From Rhizodiscina lignyota (lineage: Eukaryota), in assembly GCA_010015805.1 (NCBI GenBank), contig ML978142.1, forward strand, positions 186,001 through 250,000: 64,000 nucleotides of DNA. Direction: 5' to 3'. The notes under the pieces are model-generated. The model was not told the DNA's origin, did no database searches, and saw nothing but the letters and a program-made list of their open reading frames with translations. The number at the start of each line of letters is the position of its first letter. Position 1 is the first letter of the stretch. Shown piece by piece: positions 26,093 to 42,307 of the stretch. Both the position numbers and the translations under genes were made by a program.

Positions 26093-27505
26093 TCATTCAA
26101 AAACACCTCTTACCCGCCGGACCTCGTTCTTGAGTTCCTCGTCCCATATTGGCTCGAAATCGTCGTGCAACATTGGTTCTTTACTTTTCGTCATCTTCGC
26201 CGATATTTCTCCCACTGTGTCCAAGACGCGCAGCACGTTGAGACCAAGCATTCGTCGAATTGATTCTTCGGGAACCCCTCTTTTGAGAAGCTCCGCAACG
26301 AGAAGAGGAAATTTCGAGACATCGTCAAGGCCCGACGCCGTTTGCATTGTGCCATCAAAATCTGATCCGATCCCGACATGTTCATAGCCAATCCTCTCTG
26401 CGACATGCTGGACATGGTCTGCCACCTTCCCGAGAGTCGGTTCCGCGTCGTCGGTCAGTTTGCGCAGGAATGTGATCATGAATACGCCGTCATTGGTTTT
26501 CAGCATGTCAAGAACGTCATCAGGGCTGTTACGGGGATGCTCCGTCAACGCTGAGCTTTCGCAATATTTAGCATTTGAAAAATGATTATCCGGTGCGTAT
26601 CACATACCATGAAGAGTGCGAGAAGATGACCGGGGCTTTGGAAATGGCCAGGACGGCTTTCTGCGTCGCAACACTTGTATGCGAGAGATCCACAATCCTC
26701 CCAAAGTCAGTTCATGCTAAAGCTACCCGCAAGCGGATCTTACATTCCGATACGGTTCATTTCTTGTATCATTTTGACACCTTCATTTGACAGCCCGCCG
26801 TGAGCTGGCTCATGGGAATTCTGTGATCAAGTCAGCCGACATTTGGACTCTTGCCAGCTTTGGGCCTCACGGTCGAGTCAGCATAGAGGTTGTTCCTATC
26901 GTGTGTCAAGGTGACGTATCGGACCCCTAAGCGATAGAAGCACCTCAGAGCGCTGGTGCTATTCGCAATCTGGTGTAAGCCCTCTATTCCGATCAAGCTC
27001 GCCACTCGACCAGAGTTGAAGACGTCCCAAACTTCCTTGGATGTTCGAGCCAGGCCGAAATCATGAGGATACCTTTCGACGAGCGTGTAGATGATGTCGA
27101 TTTGCTGCAGGGTGGCGCGCAAGGCTTCGTAGTGGACGCCAACGGAGAAGTCGTTTTTCTGATTTGCATCTGGGCTATGTTACCGAATGTCGTCAGCCAG
27201 AGCGACGGAAACAAAGGTCCATGTTCCGCACCAAGGCACGTATGCGCTCCAGAAAACTCCACCGACACAACCCTTCCGCAGTCGCTTTATGTCAGTATGG
27301 GCGACGGGCATGTCATTCACGTCTACCTTCGAATCGCCAGCTCTTCCCAGATGCCAACCGCGGATCATGAATGGGAAGTCATTGTGTCCATCTCTCTCCC
27401 AGTCAACAGTCTTCAGTCGAGAGGAGTATTCGAGTACATACCTATCAACGGCACCTCGCCCAATAGCGCTCTGGCTTTGATGAGACAATTGTCGAGGGAT
27501 GCCAT
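26093..27505 (-). CDS. gliJ: Membrane dipeptidase M19 (GliJ-type)
   Basis: Spliced 'VPLIDGHNDFP', '[10 protein letters not shown]', 'GIEGLHQI', '[10 protein letters not shown]' and '[10 protein letters not shown]'. Confidence 0.88.
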
Positions 27506-27747
27506 TATGCCTTTCCCAATCGCTGAAAGTGTGTAAAGTCCCTCAAGTGGAGTCTCTGGCTCAGTAAATTGCGGACTCTCGGCCATCGACGCATGAAATG
27601 GTCGGCTTTCGGGAAGTTGGGGTTATGCAAGATGGCCAGACGAGTTATCAGATGGAGCATGAGAATGCGAATTTGAGCGCGGACATGTCTGGATTCGAAA
27701 CTCATTTCACGCGCTATTTACAAATGGCCGAGACACAAATTCGACTT

Positions 27748-28567
27748 TTACTCTCCAATGTCATCTTCTTGACGAGAATCCAACTCGGCATAGGCTTTTG
27801 CGACGCCATGAATCTTTGAGAATCTATCGGTCCACGCCTTCAGCGACGGATAATCGTTCTTGTCCAAACCCATGCGCTCCATCGTTGGGTCGTCAGAGAA
27901 CGGATAGATTGCGATGTCTGCAATGGTTGGCCGGTCTTTGAGACCGATCCACTGCTGACCAGGCTTAGAGAGGTGCCTCTCCAGGATCCCGTATTGAACC
28001 TTCAGGTCGTTCAGCATCCTGCAAGATTATCAGTGCTCCGCGTTCATGTCCCTCGGTGCCGAGCCTCACTTTTCCTGCGCTTTGGGATTTTGATCTTCCG
28101 GCTTGCGTATTGCATACCACACCCAGTATTTCGCGGTTGGCCTACAGCAGTCAGCTTTGGATGGGATACCGCGGTACAGCCATGATGTACCCAAGAGAAG
28201 CAGTCTCAAACGTAAGCCAATTGCCTATTTCTAACTGCTCCGCGGCGTTCCAGCCATTCCAAAGCAACCCCTTGTCGTACTTATTCGCCAAGTACACCAG
28301 GATTTGAGAGCTGTCCCATGAAATGACTCTCTGGCCCTGTTCTGCATCGATTATGGCGGGGACGTATCTTTGCGGGTGGATCGCCGTATACCAATCCGTC
28401 CTGGTGGCTGGCCCATCTAAGCACGCGTAGTCGTAGTCAACTCCGAGGCACTCAAGCAATATAACGGGCTTAATCCAGTTTTGATAGCGGCCTGTGACAA
28501 CAAAGACGAAGGGCTTGTCTGGAACATCTCTGTCGAGAGACTGGGCAGAGAATTTGTTGATGGGCAT
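27748..28567 (-). CDS. gliG: Glutathione S-transferase (GliG-type, C-S bond forming)
   Basis: 'NWIKPVILLE', 'IHPQRYVPAI', 'WDSSQILVYLA', 'WLTFETASLG' and 'DRPTIADIAIYPF'. Confidence 0.87.
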
Positions 28568-28681
28568 TGTCGCGGATGCCTTTGCAATGCACGACTGTGG
28601 GCCGGACTGGATATAGAACACGCTCTCAAAACCATCTTCTCGGTGTATTCGCGGATTTCAAACGAAGTTGCGCCCATTTCG

Positions 28682-28692
28682 TCGGCTGCCGA
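28682..28692. promoter_or_regulatory. GliZ-type site upstream of gliG
   Basis: Exact TCGGCTGCCGA. Confidence 0.7.
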
Positions 28693-29057
28693 AGCCTCAC
28701 CAAGGCCCCAAGACGCTACAACATTGAAAGTTTTCGCCGAAGTCGGAAGTCATGCCAAGGGCCGTCACCACTCAGTCATTGTGCGAGCTGATATGTTCCA
28801 GTGGATCATCGTTTTTGTGCGACTATTTTTGGTTGAACGGCGTTGAAATCGCCGAGTCGGGAGCGTCCCAATAGACGGATGGATTTCGTGCTACCTGAGA
28901 GTTGAAGCGCTCTACATTTACGGACGAAGGATTGTAAGCAGCTATCGAGATGCTCGTAAGATACATTACATCATCACTCTATTAGTGCCAGGGTTTGTTG
29001 TCGTACCTAAAAGTGCGATAGCGTTTGTTCGTATCCCTTGCTTGCTTACACCAAACT

Positions 29058-29690
29058 TCAAGAACGCTCCACTGAAAGACCATCCAGCTGTAGCAGACCA
29101 ATCAACTTTACCAGTCTATTGAGACAGCGACCAATGACCGTGTCGTATTGTGCCAAATAGGCCTCATCTTCAGCCTCCAAGGCCTCATGCATCATGGCCT
29201 GCCACTCTTCCATCTTTCGATTGAGCTCCAGACACGCATCCACCAACACCACCTTGACCAGCATTCGGCCTTCGAGGCCGGAGATGACGAGCTCGCCAAA
29301 CTTCATCTCGCGAGGCACGGAATGACAGCCTGGAGCACGTTGTGTTGCCGACGAAGAAGAGTCTATTCGGCCATACGGCGAGATTGGAGTTGTCGGCGAA
29401 GACGCCATTGCCATGTCAGCTGCAGTTATCGTCGCTGTGCTTGTCAAGTTGGCGACAGCGCTCGAATATGCGGCTTTGTAAAAGCATACTAGTCGAAGGG
29501 TGATATGAGTGAGCGTATTTGATATTCGCTTTTGCGTGATGCAGCTTCCGCAGCTGAGGGCTGTCTGGAGAAAAGTAGTAAAGTCGGTCCCAATTTGCAG
29601 AATTTTGTCGAATGGTAGGGTATCCCGGTTCAGCTGGTCGACGGTTTGTTGTAGACTGTTCAATGGACAATTGCATTGAGTGGCTTGCAT
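29058..29690 (-). CDS. GliZ/AflR C-terminal-domain-like protein lacking a Zn2Cys6 domain (putative co-regulator)
   Basis: Intact 210-aa ORF. Its pattern CNC...CxSC...MKFGELVI parallels CNC...CKSC...LYIGNFKV in the C-terminus of the neighbouring transcription factor. Confidence 0.62.
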   Translation of the reverse strand: MQATQCNCPLNSLQQTVDQLNRDTLPFDKILQIGTDFTTFLQTALSCGSCITQKRISNTLTHITLRLVCFYKAAYSSAVANLTSTATITAADMAMASSPTTPISPYGRIDSSSSATQRAPGCHSVPREMKFGELVISGLEGRMLVKVVLVDACLELNRKMEEWQAMMHEALEAEDEAYLAQYDTVIGRCLNRLVKLIGLLQLDGLSVERS

Positions 29691-30209
29691 TGTCGTATCG
29701 ACGTATTATAGGTGAAAGAGGGGTGTGATTTCCCGACGTCGCTCGGTTGACATTGCAGAAGTCCTTAAACTCAGAGTGGAAATTCCTTTTAGCTTGACAC
29801 GTATGGCCACGTTGGTCAGTCGCTCCCCATCGTTGCATCGGTACATGTGGAAGGTTACGGAGCGAAATCCAGCAGCTTGGTTCTGAACAACTCGGGGTGG
29901 CCGGGCTGAATTCCCACGAGGAAGGAAGCTCAAGCCTTGCTGGTTACCAGCCATCAACAAACGTCGTGCGAAACGGGTGTGTACAGAATCCTCAGCTGAG
30001 CCAACATTACCCCGCATCCTGAGTGGTACGAAAGAATTCCTAAGACGTATTGGCGTAAGCACGTATCGGATTACGCCGCCTGCATCGATTTGAAGAGATT
30101 GTTGCTGAGATACTCGCCAGTTCCATATCCAGATTACCCTTTGAAGGCACTTGTCCATATTGAAGCGTTGCAATTGAGAATATTTATACTCCTCTTCTCA
30201 GCCGCCGCA

Positions 30210-31682
30210 ATGCCAACAAGTACTATCGCGGAGAGACGCCCGAAATACAGGACATCGTGCGACAGCTGTCAAGCTGCGAAAGTTGGCTGTAGCCACGACA
30301 AACCATCATGTCGCAGATGTTCTATCCAGAAGTTGGAGTGTGTGTATAGTCCCTCACGTCGGAAGGGTCGCCCAAGAGCAAAGGCGCAAACTGCAGAAGA
30401 TGCTGCTCGAGGGGAGTCAAATGCTGGGCCAAACAGCAGGCTCAGATCTACCGCCGCAACACCAGCCAGCAACTCTGGAACCAGTGGAGTAACAAACGAT
30501 GCAGCGTTGGGAGTCATCGCAAGAGAACCCCCGCTGCCAGAACCAATTCGATTGTCGGATCCCTGGACTCCCGGTGGTGCATTCGACGCCCCGAATGCAG
30601 GAGGAACCATGGACGAGTCCAGCATGCCGTCGACGGTAACTTCATTGGACTTTTATTCAGCTACCACTCCCATGGGACTGGACGAGGCATTTGGGTTTCC
30701 GGTAATGCCCTTTGCTCTGGAAGATTCTTCGGGCCCGACTGATGCAGCTCTGATCGAAAATTATGATCCAGGAGCTCTTCTTTCTGCCAAGATGCTAGCG
30801 GTAAACGACAGCACTCCATTTAGTCTCTTAGATTCGCAGTCGTCAACGCAGAAACGTCATTCGAACAACGAGTTTGCGCAGTACTTGGCCCAGGAGCCAG
30901 ACCGGCCGGCTCGGGCAGAGTCCATGTCAGGACTGGACAGCGTGTCTTCATTCAACCAGATGTTTGACGACACATCCGACATTGTTCCAGGAATGGGCAA
31001 TGTATTGCAGGACGCGCATTCCAGCGCATTTTTCAGTACCGCACGCCGCGGAGATGGTGGAGATGAGATTGTTAGCTCCGAAGAAGAGTCGTGGTCACTG
31101 TGTGATGTCAGACCTTTGGCAAAGCGGAGACGATCATCCTGCAACTGCGTTTCAGCCATCTTGCAGCGCATTCAGTCGGTAAAAGCCGGGAAACAGAATA
31201 AAGGGCCAATCTCGATCGACTGTGCGTTGGTGATGGAGAATGAAGTCAGAGAGTGCCTCTCTCGGCTGCAGCGATGCAAGAGCTGCAGCCAGGACAGCAC
31301 ATCTCATTTGCTCGCATTGATTAGTGTCCGAATGATGCTCAGTCTGCTAAGAACAACGGTGGATGACGAGTTCATGTCGCGGCCGAGGCGGAAAAGTGTG
31401 GCATCGTCCGACGGCCAGCTCTCCACTTCCAAAGGTGACAGAAGCAATCTGTATATTGGTAACTTCAAAGTCCCATCGAAAGCACGATATCGCTTTCTTC
31501 GGGGAGCCCTGCAGGCGCGATTTTCTAGATTGCTGCTCTTGATCGAGGAACGGGAGAAGCTGGTGAATGGAGTCGGTCGAGACTGTTTCGCCAAGAGTGC
31601 ATCAGTACTGCTGGGAGACATCTCTCAAGACTTGCGGACGATTACTGGGTGTTTGAAAGTCTGGGATTTGAAAGATTCATGA
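30210..31682 (+). CDS. gliZ: Zn(II)2Cys6 pathway-specific transcription factor (GliZ/SirZ-like)
   Basis: 'RTSCDSCQAAKVGCSHDKPSCRRCSIQKLECVYS'. Single exon, inside the cluster. Confidence 0.9.
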   Translation: MPTSTIAERRPKYRTSCDSCQAAKVGCSHDKPSCRRCSIQKLECVYSPSRRKGRPRAKAQTAEDAARGESNAGPNSRLRSTAATPASNSGTSGVTNDAALGVIAREPPLPEPIRLSDPWTPGGAFDAPNAGGTMDESSMPSTVTSLDFYSATTPMGLDEAFGFPVMPFALEDSSGPTDAALIENYDPGALLSAKMLAVNDSTPFSLLDSQSSTQKRHSNNEFAQYLAQEPDRPARAESMSGLDSVSSFNQMFDDTSDIVPGMGNVLQDAHSSAFFSTARRGDGGDEIVSSEEESWSLCDVRPLAKRRRSSCNCVSAILQRIQSVKAGKQNKGPISIDCALVMENEVRECLSRLQRCKSCSQDSTSHLLALISVRMMLSLLRTTVDDEFMSRPRRKSVASSDGQLSTSKGDRSNLYIGNFKVPSKARYRFLRGALQARFSRLLLLIEEREKLVNGVGRDCFAKSASVLLGDISQDLRTITGCLKVWDLKDS

Positions 31683-32474
31683 ATTCTCATAGAATAGAGA
31701 TGGCGATATAACAAATTTACGTGTGCAAGAGTTACGCCCGATGCATGGCGTGATTACGCGAATTCAACGACTGACCGTCTTTCGTCAAAATATTCGCCAA
31801 TCACGCCATCAGGTACTGTTGTATTTTCTGGGCACAAGAAGTAAGGCACACGGGTTTGTGAAAGGATAGGGTGTTGGCACGAGACTGAGAGCCCCCCTTG
31901 CCCCTTTTAAATGAGATCTTTTCGGCTAGGTATCTCGTCGGCCCCTCACGTGCGAGGAGGTGAGAAGTTCTCAACTTCATGCTGGTACCTCCTGATATTC
32001 TTCACGCTCTCCATGACGAAGATGTGCTATTCTGGAGGACTCTGTTACACAGGAACGGCTTGATCTTTGTCCATGTGTCTCAATGCAGGTGTTCCTTGGA
32101 AGCAAGCTCCCGAAGTGTCGAGCCGTCACACCACGACAGCGACAAAGACACGACTTGCTTGCTCACAATACCGGAACTGGCCCAATTGAATAGGAACCAC
32201 CGACATTATTCCAGTCTTTGAAGCTGTTTCAGCATTTCTGTGAGCGGCTTGGTCCCATCTACTAGCATGGCTGGCCACGCACGCTACGGTTGCAATCTGC
32301 CGGGCACCTCCACCCACCCAGAGGCTGGGACCTCTAGGTCTGGACAACCACAGCAGCTGAGTTCTTGATACATCAGTGGCCACCTACAGTTTTCTGAAGA
32401 GAAGGGAAGAGTGGCTGCATTGACTAGCTCGGGTTTCGATTCAAGACGTGGTCAAAGCCACAATGTTCTAGCCT

Positions 32475-32485
32475 TCGGTAACCGA
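32475..32485. promoter_or_regulatory. GliZ-type site upstream of the second P450
   Basis: Exact TCGGTAACCGA. Confidence 0.7.
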
Positions 32486-32630
32486 CCAGACACATACAAA
32501 GACGATCGGAGAGAAAGATTGCGCACTTGCGTAGCCTGTTCCCGGTCAATTGAGAGTAAGAATATTGAAATTCCTTTCATTCGTTCAAAGCTTCACCGTC
32601 TCGCTGGGACGGTTAGGACTTTCATTTGCC

Positions 32631-34495
32631 ATGTCAACTTCACTGGCCGATCGTGCCGTTTTCATCTCTCAGTCCTTGAGGATCAGACCGTTGGCCAGCG
32701 GCGCGCTTGTCGTGCTGTCTCTTGTCCTCATAATATTGTATCTTGACTATCTCAACTATCACAAGCAGCGGAAGCGATTGGGTGATGTGCCAATTCTTGG
32801 GGACGAGTCGTACATTCGGCGACGCCTTCGACTGACCTCGGCCCAAGTCAACCTTCGAAAGGTTCTCCAGCGCGGCTATGACACGGTGAGACCCACTCTT
32901 CGGGCATCAGGAGCTCCTCATAGCTAACAGCAGACAGTTCACCAAAAATTCAAAGATATGGGCTTTCCGTGGGCAGCACGATGACTACGTCCTCATCATG
33001 CCGCCTGGGACTCCCGAAGAGGTCAAGAACATTGGCGCTGACCGTTTGAGCTTTTTGCAAGCCGTAGAAGAGGTGTGTTGGAATGCGAGTGCTGTACTCG
33101 CCATTGCTCATATATGTGCAGAGTTATCATTTCAGATTGCATACGAATATTTTGTACCGCAGCCATGTCGACGCTGTTCGACAATCTGTGAACAAAAACC
33201 TGAGTTCGTACGCCCGACCGCGTGCAAATACGGAGCTGACGGGGATAGGGGAACTCCAGCAAACACTCTCGAAGCGAAGCGACGAAGCGATACCCGAAGT
33301 ATTTGATGGCCTTGCTAAAAGTTCGCCTGTCGCCTGTGTTGTTTGTGAATTACAGGACAAGCTGACGCGCCTCTACAGGCAACGAACCTCGCGCCGCCTT
33401 TCTCACGATCTGGCATCTCACCCACCTGGTTGCTGCGTCATTTCTCATAGGACCAGAGTTCTCCCGGAAGGCAGAATACATAAAAGCGATTGAGACATAC
33501 TGCCTCGTCGTGCCGCTTTTTGTTCATGTGTACTTTCGGGTTCCAGCGCCTCTTCGAAGGATCTTCTGGTACTTGTCGCCACAGGGCTTTAGCATTCGCG
33601 CGTGCATTAAGAAGCTGAAGGCGTTTATTGTCCCAGAGGTTCGGAGGACAGTTGACGCGTGGAAGAAGGGCGAACGTGCGCGGGAGCAGTTCACCTTGCT
33701 CGGCGCCATTCTGGAAGTCAAGGTGGAGAGGGGACAGCTCAAGCGAGAGATGAGCAAGGCAGAAGAAGAGCGGCAGATTGACATCTTCTCCGACGAGGTC
33801 ATCTTCACTGGGTTTGACAGCGCTGGGCCTGTTGCCTGTCTCGTGACTCAGCTCCTCTACGAATCGATACAGCACGAGCATATCGTGGAACCACTACGCA
33901 ATGAGGTTAGGGCTGCGCTTACTTCAAGCGATGGCGAATGGTCGGATCAGGCCATGAGCTCCCTGCCACGGCTTGAGAGCTTCACGCGCGAGACTCTGCG
34001 GGTCGACGGCCCAACGCTATGTACGTGTATGCTGTGGTTTTCAACGATTGTACTGACCGAGGCCAAGTCAGCGTGACACGTTCGGTGTTGCAGCCGATGC
34101 AATTGAAATGCGGCATGGAACTACGTCCTGGACACATCATCACAAGCCCTGCGTGGCTGGTTCACAATGACGAAGACATCTATCCAAAGGCGCACGAATT
34201 TAACCCGTATCGGTTCTACGATGAGAAGACCAACACGGCGACGACGAAAGCGACAACGGCGAGCGAGAAGTTCTTGGGCTACGGGTATGGTTCGCAAATC
34301 TGTCCGGGCAGGCACCTTGGCATCAGGATGTCGCAGATGCTGTTTGCCAAAATGCTGATGAGGTATGACGCCGAGTTTGAGGATAAGCAAAGAGGGAAGC
34401 CAGAGAATGATATCATGCCCGGTCAAGTTCTGCCGCCGTACGAGGCGAAGATGATCTTGAGGACCAGAGCTAAAGGCGATCGTGAGAAGGCGTAG
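32631..34495 (+). CDS. Cytochrome P450, ent-kaurene-oxidase/GliF-like class (tailoring enzyme)
   Basis: N-terminal TM segment, 'LPRLESFTRETLR', 'FNPYRF' and heme motif 'FLGYGYGSQICPGRH'. About 5 introns. Confidence 0.85.
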
Positions 34496-34941
34496 TGATT
34501 TATGGCGAAGGCATGATCAAGGCGCGTAGATTAAAATAGCGCCCGCTGGCTGTGAGGGAATCGATAAAACATGAGAACTCGTCGCGGAAGAAATGGGCGG
34601 ACGCCGTGTGGTGTCGGTAGCAGAGCAGCGCAATATTCCAGTATGTGAAGCGGCAAACGACGGTGATGAGTGCCATGAAGCCGCCGCATTCTTTCACTCT
34701 TAGCCTCTCGCTGCTGCTCCTATCGCCGATTGCCGTCGCACCTTCTGTCAGTGTTACACGCGGGCGCGGGGAAGGGGCGCGTCGGGCAATAATAATTACG
34801 TGGTGTGCCTTCAACTTCCGCCGACTTCTCAACAGTGTTTGTTCACGCCTGCTCCCTCGCGCCTCTTCCATCAGACCAGGTTAACAGCAACGGCACGCCT
34901 CGCTTGCCATCACCGTCCACGAGACTCAACTCGTCACCACG

Positions 34942-39292
<4,351 letters not shown>

Positions 39293-39622
39293 AGCTGTAC
39301 AGCAGGTCAGCAGCTTCCGCTCGGCGGTCGCACCTTTCACTTCGCTGTCGATTATTGAGTTTGGGGTAACGAACACATGCAGTCTGATACTGCACGAATT
39401 CCTTAATGGTTTGCGCAAGACTGGATTGAATTTGAAGATTTGCATTTTCGGCACGATGCTCAGTTTCTGTACAATAAAAGTTTCCCATTCAGATGGAATC
39501 CTTGCTTGCTTATAGCACCAAACTAATGAACCGCCATACTTTTCGGCAAAAAGCTCCCGTTGAATTCATTCTCGTCTTTGAATCAAGTGCCTCGTGCTAT
39601 CTTTGAATGAGCAAGGAAGACA

Positions 39623-40857
39623 TCAAATCTTTCCATCGCCAGCCTTTTCTGCCTCCGCGAGCGCTTGTGTTCCCTCTTCATCGGCGAGCCGGAACGCGAT
39701 GCCAGCAGCTGCACGCACACCTGTTGCCACAGCCACACTGGCCTGCTTGATGTTCTCCTGCGTGTCGCCAGCGATATGGCAACCCGGTACGCTCGATTGA
39801 AGCATCATCGGCTCTGCCTCCACATCACCGCTTGGCTTTGTCTTCAAGCCCAGTTGCTCGATCAGATCCTGTGCTCTGCTTCTCACAGGTGGTCGGTGGA
39901 AGAGCATGCCAAGTTTCGCCGGTGCGCCACTATCGAACTCGAGCGTAACTCCCTCCACTTTGTTGTTTCCGACTATGCGGCGCACCTTGCGTTCGTCGAG
40001 CTTGACACCAGCAGCCAGCACCTTCTTCAGACCTGCCTGGGTGGGCTCGTCGGGAGGCACAGGACCGTCGCTGTAGATTGTGATGTCCTTGTTGATTGGG
40101 CGAAGCATGATGGCCAAGTGGACGTAGGAGGGGTTGGGGAAGGTAAGGATGCCGATGGGACGGTCTTTGCGCTCGTAGCCGTCGCAAAACGGGCATTGGT
40201 AGCTGGGAGGAGTGGTTAGTGCAGGAATTAGTGTGGTGAAGACGGAGGAAAGGCAGCTGTGTGGCAGCATGACTTGAGAAAGACTCACATGTTGCTGGGC
40301 CAATTCTCCTTGTACCCCTCGATATGCGGCGGCAGCACATCCTCGGAACCTGTCGCGAGCACGAGCTTCCGGCCAACGAAGGTCTGGTTGTTGCTGTCGA
40401 CGGCGACGAAGCCCTTGTATCCAGGTAGTATTTCGCTGTTTTGGATGCGCACGACCTTGCTCTTGACCAAATTCACTTGAGCGGAGTACTTTTCTTCGAT
40501 TTGCTTGCGCGAGATGGCACGAAACTCTTCAGGGGAGATGCCGTCGCGAGACAAGAACGTGTGCATTGCGTGTGCGCCTTGGTTGCGATATTCGCCAGAG
40601 TCGAAGAGGGCCGTGGTACGACAAACACGAGCGAGTGCAAGGGCGGAAGAGAGGCCGGCGGGGCCGCCACCGATGATGAGGGCGTCGTAGACTTTGCTGG
40701 ACATGTTGAGATCAGGCGTCGATTGAGTAGTTGAATGTGGTGCAGGTGGTGTTGAGAAGATTGAGGCTGAGGTTGAGTTTGAGTTGTACAAGTGGTGGAT
40801 GACGAAGGCAGCGAAGGTGACGAAGAGCGCGCCAAGAAGAGAAAGTTGAGACGGCAT
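39623..40857 (-). CDS. gliT: FAD-dependent thiol-disulfide oxidoreductase (GliT-type); alternative ATG at 40704
   Basis: '[17 protein letters not shown]', '[11 protein letters not shown]', CxxC '[10 protein letters not shown]' and 'VPGCHIAGD'. One intron. Confidence 0.88.
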
Positions 40858-40980
40858 TGACGTCACGAGTCAATGGAGAGAAGTTGCGAAGGATCAGAGC
40901 ATGCTCACGCAGCTTCCATTTGTGGAACCACGTGTAAAGCAGTTGTGTCACAACAAAGGAGAAAATCATCCGACGCCGTC

Positions 40981-41009
40981 TCGGTATCCGACCTTCCTTC
41001 GGTTTCCGA
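40981..41009. promoter_or_regulatory. Tandem pair of GliZ-type sites upstream of gliT
   Basis: Exact TCGGTATCCGA at 40981 and TCGGTTTCCGA at 40999, forming an 18-nt-period direct repeat. Confidence 0.75.
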
Positions 41010-41079
41010 CCTTGATATACCGCCGTGAAGCCATCAGTTTTAATCTACCGTTTGCGCCTTGATAAGTCGCCGAGGACAG

Positions 41080-41922
41080 TTACAGCTTTGCAGACGCTCG
41101 TTTGCCCTTGGCAATGAAGAGCTGCCGCTGTCGCGCACCGTCGCCTTCTCCCAGCACAGCGGGCTCGTCCAACACTTCGTACCCAAAATCCGCACCCGCT
41201 CCAGCTTCCTCGTAGAGCCTTTGCATATCTGCTTCTGTGAAGCCCGTAGAGGTGACAGAATGAGCGTGAGCTTCGTGTTTGTGAGCGCCATGATGGTGCT
41301 GTGAACTTGCCCCATGATGCTCGTGGTGATGTCCTGCCGTGCTGGCATTTTCTTTCGGCGGCAAAAAGTCAATGATGAGCAAGACCCCACTGCCAGGTCG
41401 AAGTCGCTCAGTCAGTCGCCGCAAGGCAAGCGAGGGAGAGTCGAAATGATGGAATCCCAGGCCGACGGCAGCAATATCGAAATCGGAGTATTCGGGTGTA
41501 ACCAACCCATCCCGAATGCCATCCTCGGCCAATAGATTGCCGATGACAGCGTGAGCTTGCTCTGGCGAGAGTCCGGATGCGCGTGCGGCTTCGTTGTAAC
41601 GCTCGACCATCTGGTCGGAGACATCAATGCCCTTGATGCTGCCGACATATGGGCCGAGAGCTTTGGTAATGGCGCCGGTGCCACAAGCATAGTCTAGAAG
41701 CTTGACATTTCCCAAACTGTTGTCGGGAATGCCAATCCAATCCTTGCGGTTTTGTAGAGCGGTACGAATCTGAGCCGTGAGGTGCTGATTCCACGGCACC
41801 AGGTCGTATTGGGCAGAGAACAAGCTGCAACACTTGGTGAGCACTCAGAAGTAAAGCAAGAATGTTATGCAATGTATTGCTCACTTGAAGAGATCACGGC
41901 TGGCTTCCCCAGCAGTACTCAT
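41080..41922 (-). CDS. Class I SAM-dependent methyltransferase with a His-rich loop
   Basis: Spliced start MSTAGEASRDLFN; motif I 'LLDYACGTG'; 'GIDVSDQMV'; 'LGFHHF'; 'GVLLIIDF'. Confidence 0.85.
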
Positions 41923-42152
41923 GTTGTGCAGATGCTGCAGCGGACAGGTTCCGTACGTGCTCAGAAGGCCAACAAGTGGGAGAATATGACTCGTTCTGTT
42001 CGTAACGTGAATCATTCCACCTGACGCATTGAGGATCCTGAAGGGATGGTTTGCTCATGAGCTGAAGTTGAAGTTGAGCTTTGTTGACGTCCAGCCTTGC
42101 TTACGTAAACTTGACTTGATCGTGCCCTTCACATTCCTCCACCCAGTTGACT

Positions 42153-42163
42153 TCGGTGACCGT
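42153..42163. promoter_or_regulatory. GliZ-type near-match in the divergent methyltransferase/P450 promoter
   Basis: TCGGTGACCGT. Confidence 0.55.
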
Positions 42164-42307
42164 GTGCTTGACGGAGCGAAATCACGCAGAAAATTAGAAC
42201 TATGACATCTTTTCTTTTACATTGGACAAAGATGGACCCGCCTGCAACATCCCTCTCGAATAGATTGCGGATGTCCTTTGCATTTCCGCAGGTCCATCTT
42301 GAACAGG

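Noticed and set aside
41080..41922. Naming this gene gtmA/tmtA
   Set aside because: Beyond generic SAM motifs it does not match the GtmA sequence as I recall it, so orthology is unsupported.
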